Below, one piece after another: positions 62,081 to 64,000 of a stretch of 64,000 bases of DNA. The first letter of the stretch is position 1. Each line of letters opens with the position of its first letter. This stretch comes from Azolla caroliniana. Its lineage: Eukaryota > Plantae > Polypodiophyta. The translations under genes were made by a program, and so were the position numbers. The stretch spans positions 24,490,001 through 24,554,000 of the forward strand of contig JBHGNT010000003.1 in the NCBI GenBank assembly GCA_043228905.1, in the 5' to 3' direction. The notes beneath the pieces were generated by a model that saw only the letters and a program-made list of their open reading frames with translations, was not told the origin of the DNA and did not search any database.

Positions 62081-63890
62081 ATAGGTACATAGGTTGGAAG
62101 GAAAGTTGTTTTGGTCGTTTTCACAATTAAGCTTTGTGGGCTCCGTGTCCTTATAGGACTATCTTTTTGTCAACTCATCTAATAACACAAACTTACAAGG
62201 TTTACTTTGCAATAAAATCGTGGGACGACAAAAGAAATTTGTTTTGATAAATACAACACTTTTGAAGGAGAGAGAAGAGGGGGGATTATTGAAGGACGGG
62301 GATTATGTTTGTGTGAGATAGATATGTGTGTATCCATGTTTCATAATCAATTACTCATGTTTCTAGTTCTCTTGAAACTTTACCCACACTACAAACAAAG
62401 TTGCTTTGTACTAGCAATCACTTCAAAAAACAGGTTGAGCCCTCATAAACAGCTCCCATACTATTTCATCATGGTATAAAATTAAGCAAAGAGATAAAAG
62501 TTGATGAACACTTACAAGGGACCCACCTTACATACATTTGTGTTTTTTTCTTACGGGAGCCAGTCCACCATGGGTACTTTTGTTAGAAAAATATATAGTA
62601 CCTCTATTTTAAAACATTAAGAAGGCCTTGAGATATGCTTTTGAGACATGTATGTATCCTCAACCTTTGCATCCATTGTAGCATCATCGTTCTCCAGTAG
62701 GACGACATTTAACATTTGGTTTCACAGCTATGTGAAGTTAGGTGTAGTAACATCTTATCATCTCCTCCTCACCTAGATATGAAATTTGTCATATGGTTGT
62801 TCGTCCATTATAACTACATCCAATTTGGAATTATTGACTTAACTTGGCCACAAATTCTCTGAAATGTTTTCAATAATCCCGACCTCATTTGATGGATACA
62901 AACAACATGCCATGGCTATTACTGCTACTATGACACCCTCAAACTTTGTATACATCATAACAACAGCATTCTTAAGTACGATCATGAACAACAATGTGCA
63001 AGGGAGGCATAATAATACCTAATCATCTCCCCCTTACCTATGGCGGGAACTGATCATATGGTTGTTTGGGTATTATATCTATATCAATCTTTGTGTTTTG
63101 ATTTCATCTGTTTATGAATTATGGAAAGTGACTTTTAAAATGTCTCCCAATTCTCTAAAACAATATGTTTTTACATGTATGTGCTCATATAAAAATTCAC
63201 GTTGAAAGGTTGTGCAAATTAGAGTTTGTAGGGGACAATTATGATGAGAATTATGGGTTGTTGGTTACAAATAAATACAAAAGGTGTTCTCTCTCCCTCC
63301 TCCCTTCCCCTTTTGTAGTCACACAATTACATTAAATGCACATTAAGATTACAAAGATGTTGAGCCAAAGTATATAGATATAAGACATTGGTTATAAAAT
63401 ACTTTCACTAGATATAAAGCTTCTTCTTCTTGTCTATCTGGCCACTTAGATCCATATAATTGGTTGTAGCAAGATGGTATCATATCATTTTTTGCACATG
63501 TGAGTGTTTAAGCCCAATACAATGCTAACAACCTAAGAGGACATTATGATGTTTTTAAAGGGAAAAATATTTGCCATGTGATAGTGGCAAAGTGGCAAAG
63601 GTCCACAAAGAACTGTATTCCCAACTCTAAAATGTAAATATATTTTTCCTTTTTATTAATGTCTACATTTATCAAAAGCATCCTTTAGTCTTTCTATGGA
63701 TTGGTTTGATCTTGGATACAACAATAGGTACATAGATTGAAAGGAAATTGATTCGACAATTTTGGCAAGTAAGCTTTGTGGGTTCCTTGTCCTTATAGGA
63801 GTATCTTTATATCAACTAGTCTTTGAGGGTTTACCTTGCAATAAAATTGTGGGAAGACAAAAGAAAATTGTTTTAATAGATTCAACACTT
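62081..63890. repeat. Diverged direct repeat pair (~170-180 bp) at 62081-62260 and 63724-63890
   Basis: Shared blocks ATAGGTACATAG, AAGCTTTGTGGG, TGTCCTTATAGGA, TTGCAATAAAAT and GACAAAAGAAA occur in the same order. Confidence 0.8.
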
Positions 63891-64000
63891 TACACACACA
63901 AGTATATTGAAGGATGGCAAGAAACCCTAAACGGCAAGGAAAAACCATGAAAACACTAAAATCCTAATCCGTAGCTAGGAACCCTAAAACATACAAAGTT

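Noticed and set aside
63920-63990. Telomere or interstitial telomeric array
   Set aside because: Only isolated AAACCCTA-like motifs, not a tandem TTTAGGG array.

Overview
Eukaryotic land-plant genomic DNA, probably from a seed-free plant (fern, lycophyte or bryophyte). That assignment is an inference from the Tcn1-type chromovirus and the RTEX-like LINEs. There are two intact host genes: a 12-exon full-size ABCB/P-glycoprotein transporter (ABCB19/ABCB1-like, 19234-27054, +, 1286 aa after splicing) and an intronless secreted STIG1-domain cysteine-rich protein (58573-59283, +). Most of the rest is transposon-derived. An L1/Tx1-like LINE (minus strand) is interrupted by a solo LTR and by two related Ty1/copia elements (A 4457-8702, B 8703-14046). 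A 131-bp tandem array lies ~450 bp upstream of the ABCB start codon. The middle holds CACTA and hAT transposase remnants and a complete but decayed Ty3/gypsy chromovirus (38130-43666, TSD TATGT). At 46.1-56.1 kb is a nested stack: L1-like LINE > solo LTR + RTEX-like LINE > young internally deleted copia + copia solo LTR, with TSDs recoverable for all four inserts. The most notable observations are: heat-shock-element arrays and a tRNA-less, possibly self-priming PBS in the chromovirus; an apparent Gag capsid swap between copia A and B; a chimeric 3' LTR marking an LTR-LTR deletion; a 28-bp U3 motif shared between otherwise unrelated LTRs; strong CCGG enrichment in the copia family; and a structured 131-bp array next to the ABCB promoter. 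All counts and identities were made by eye.
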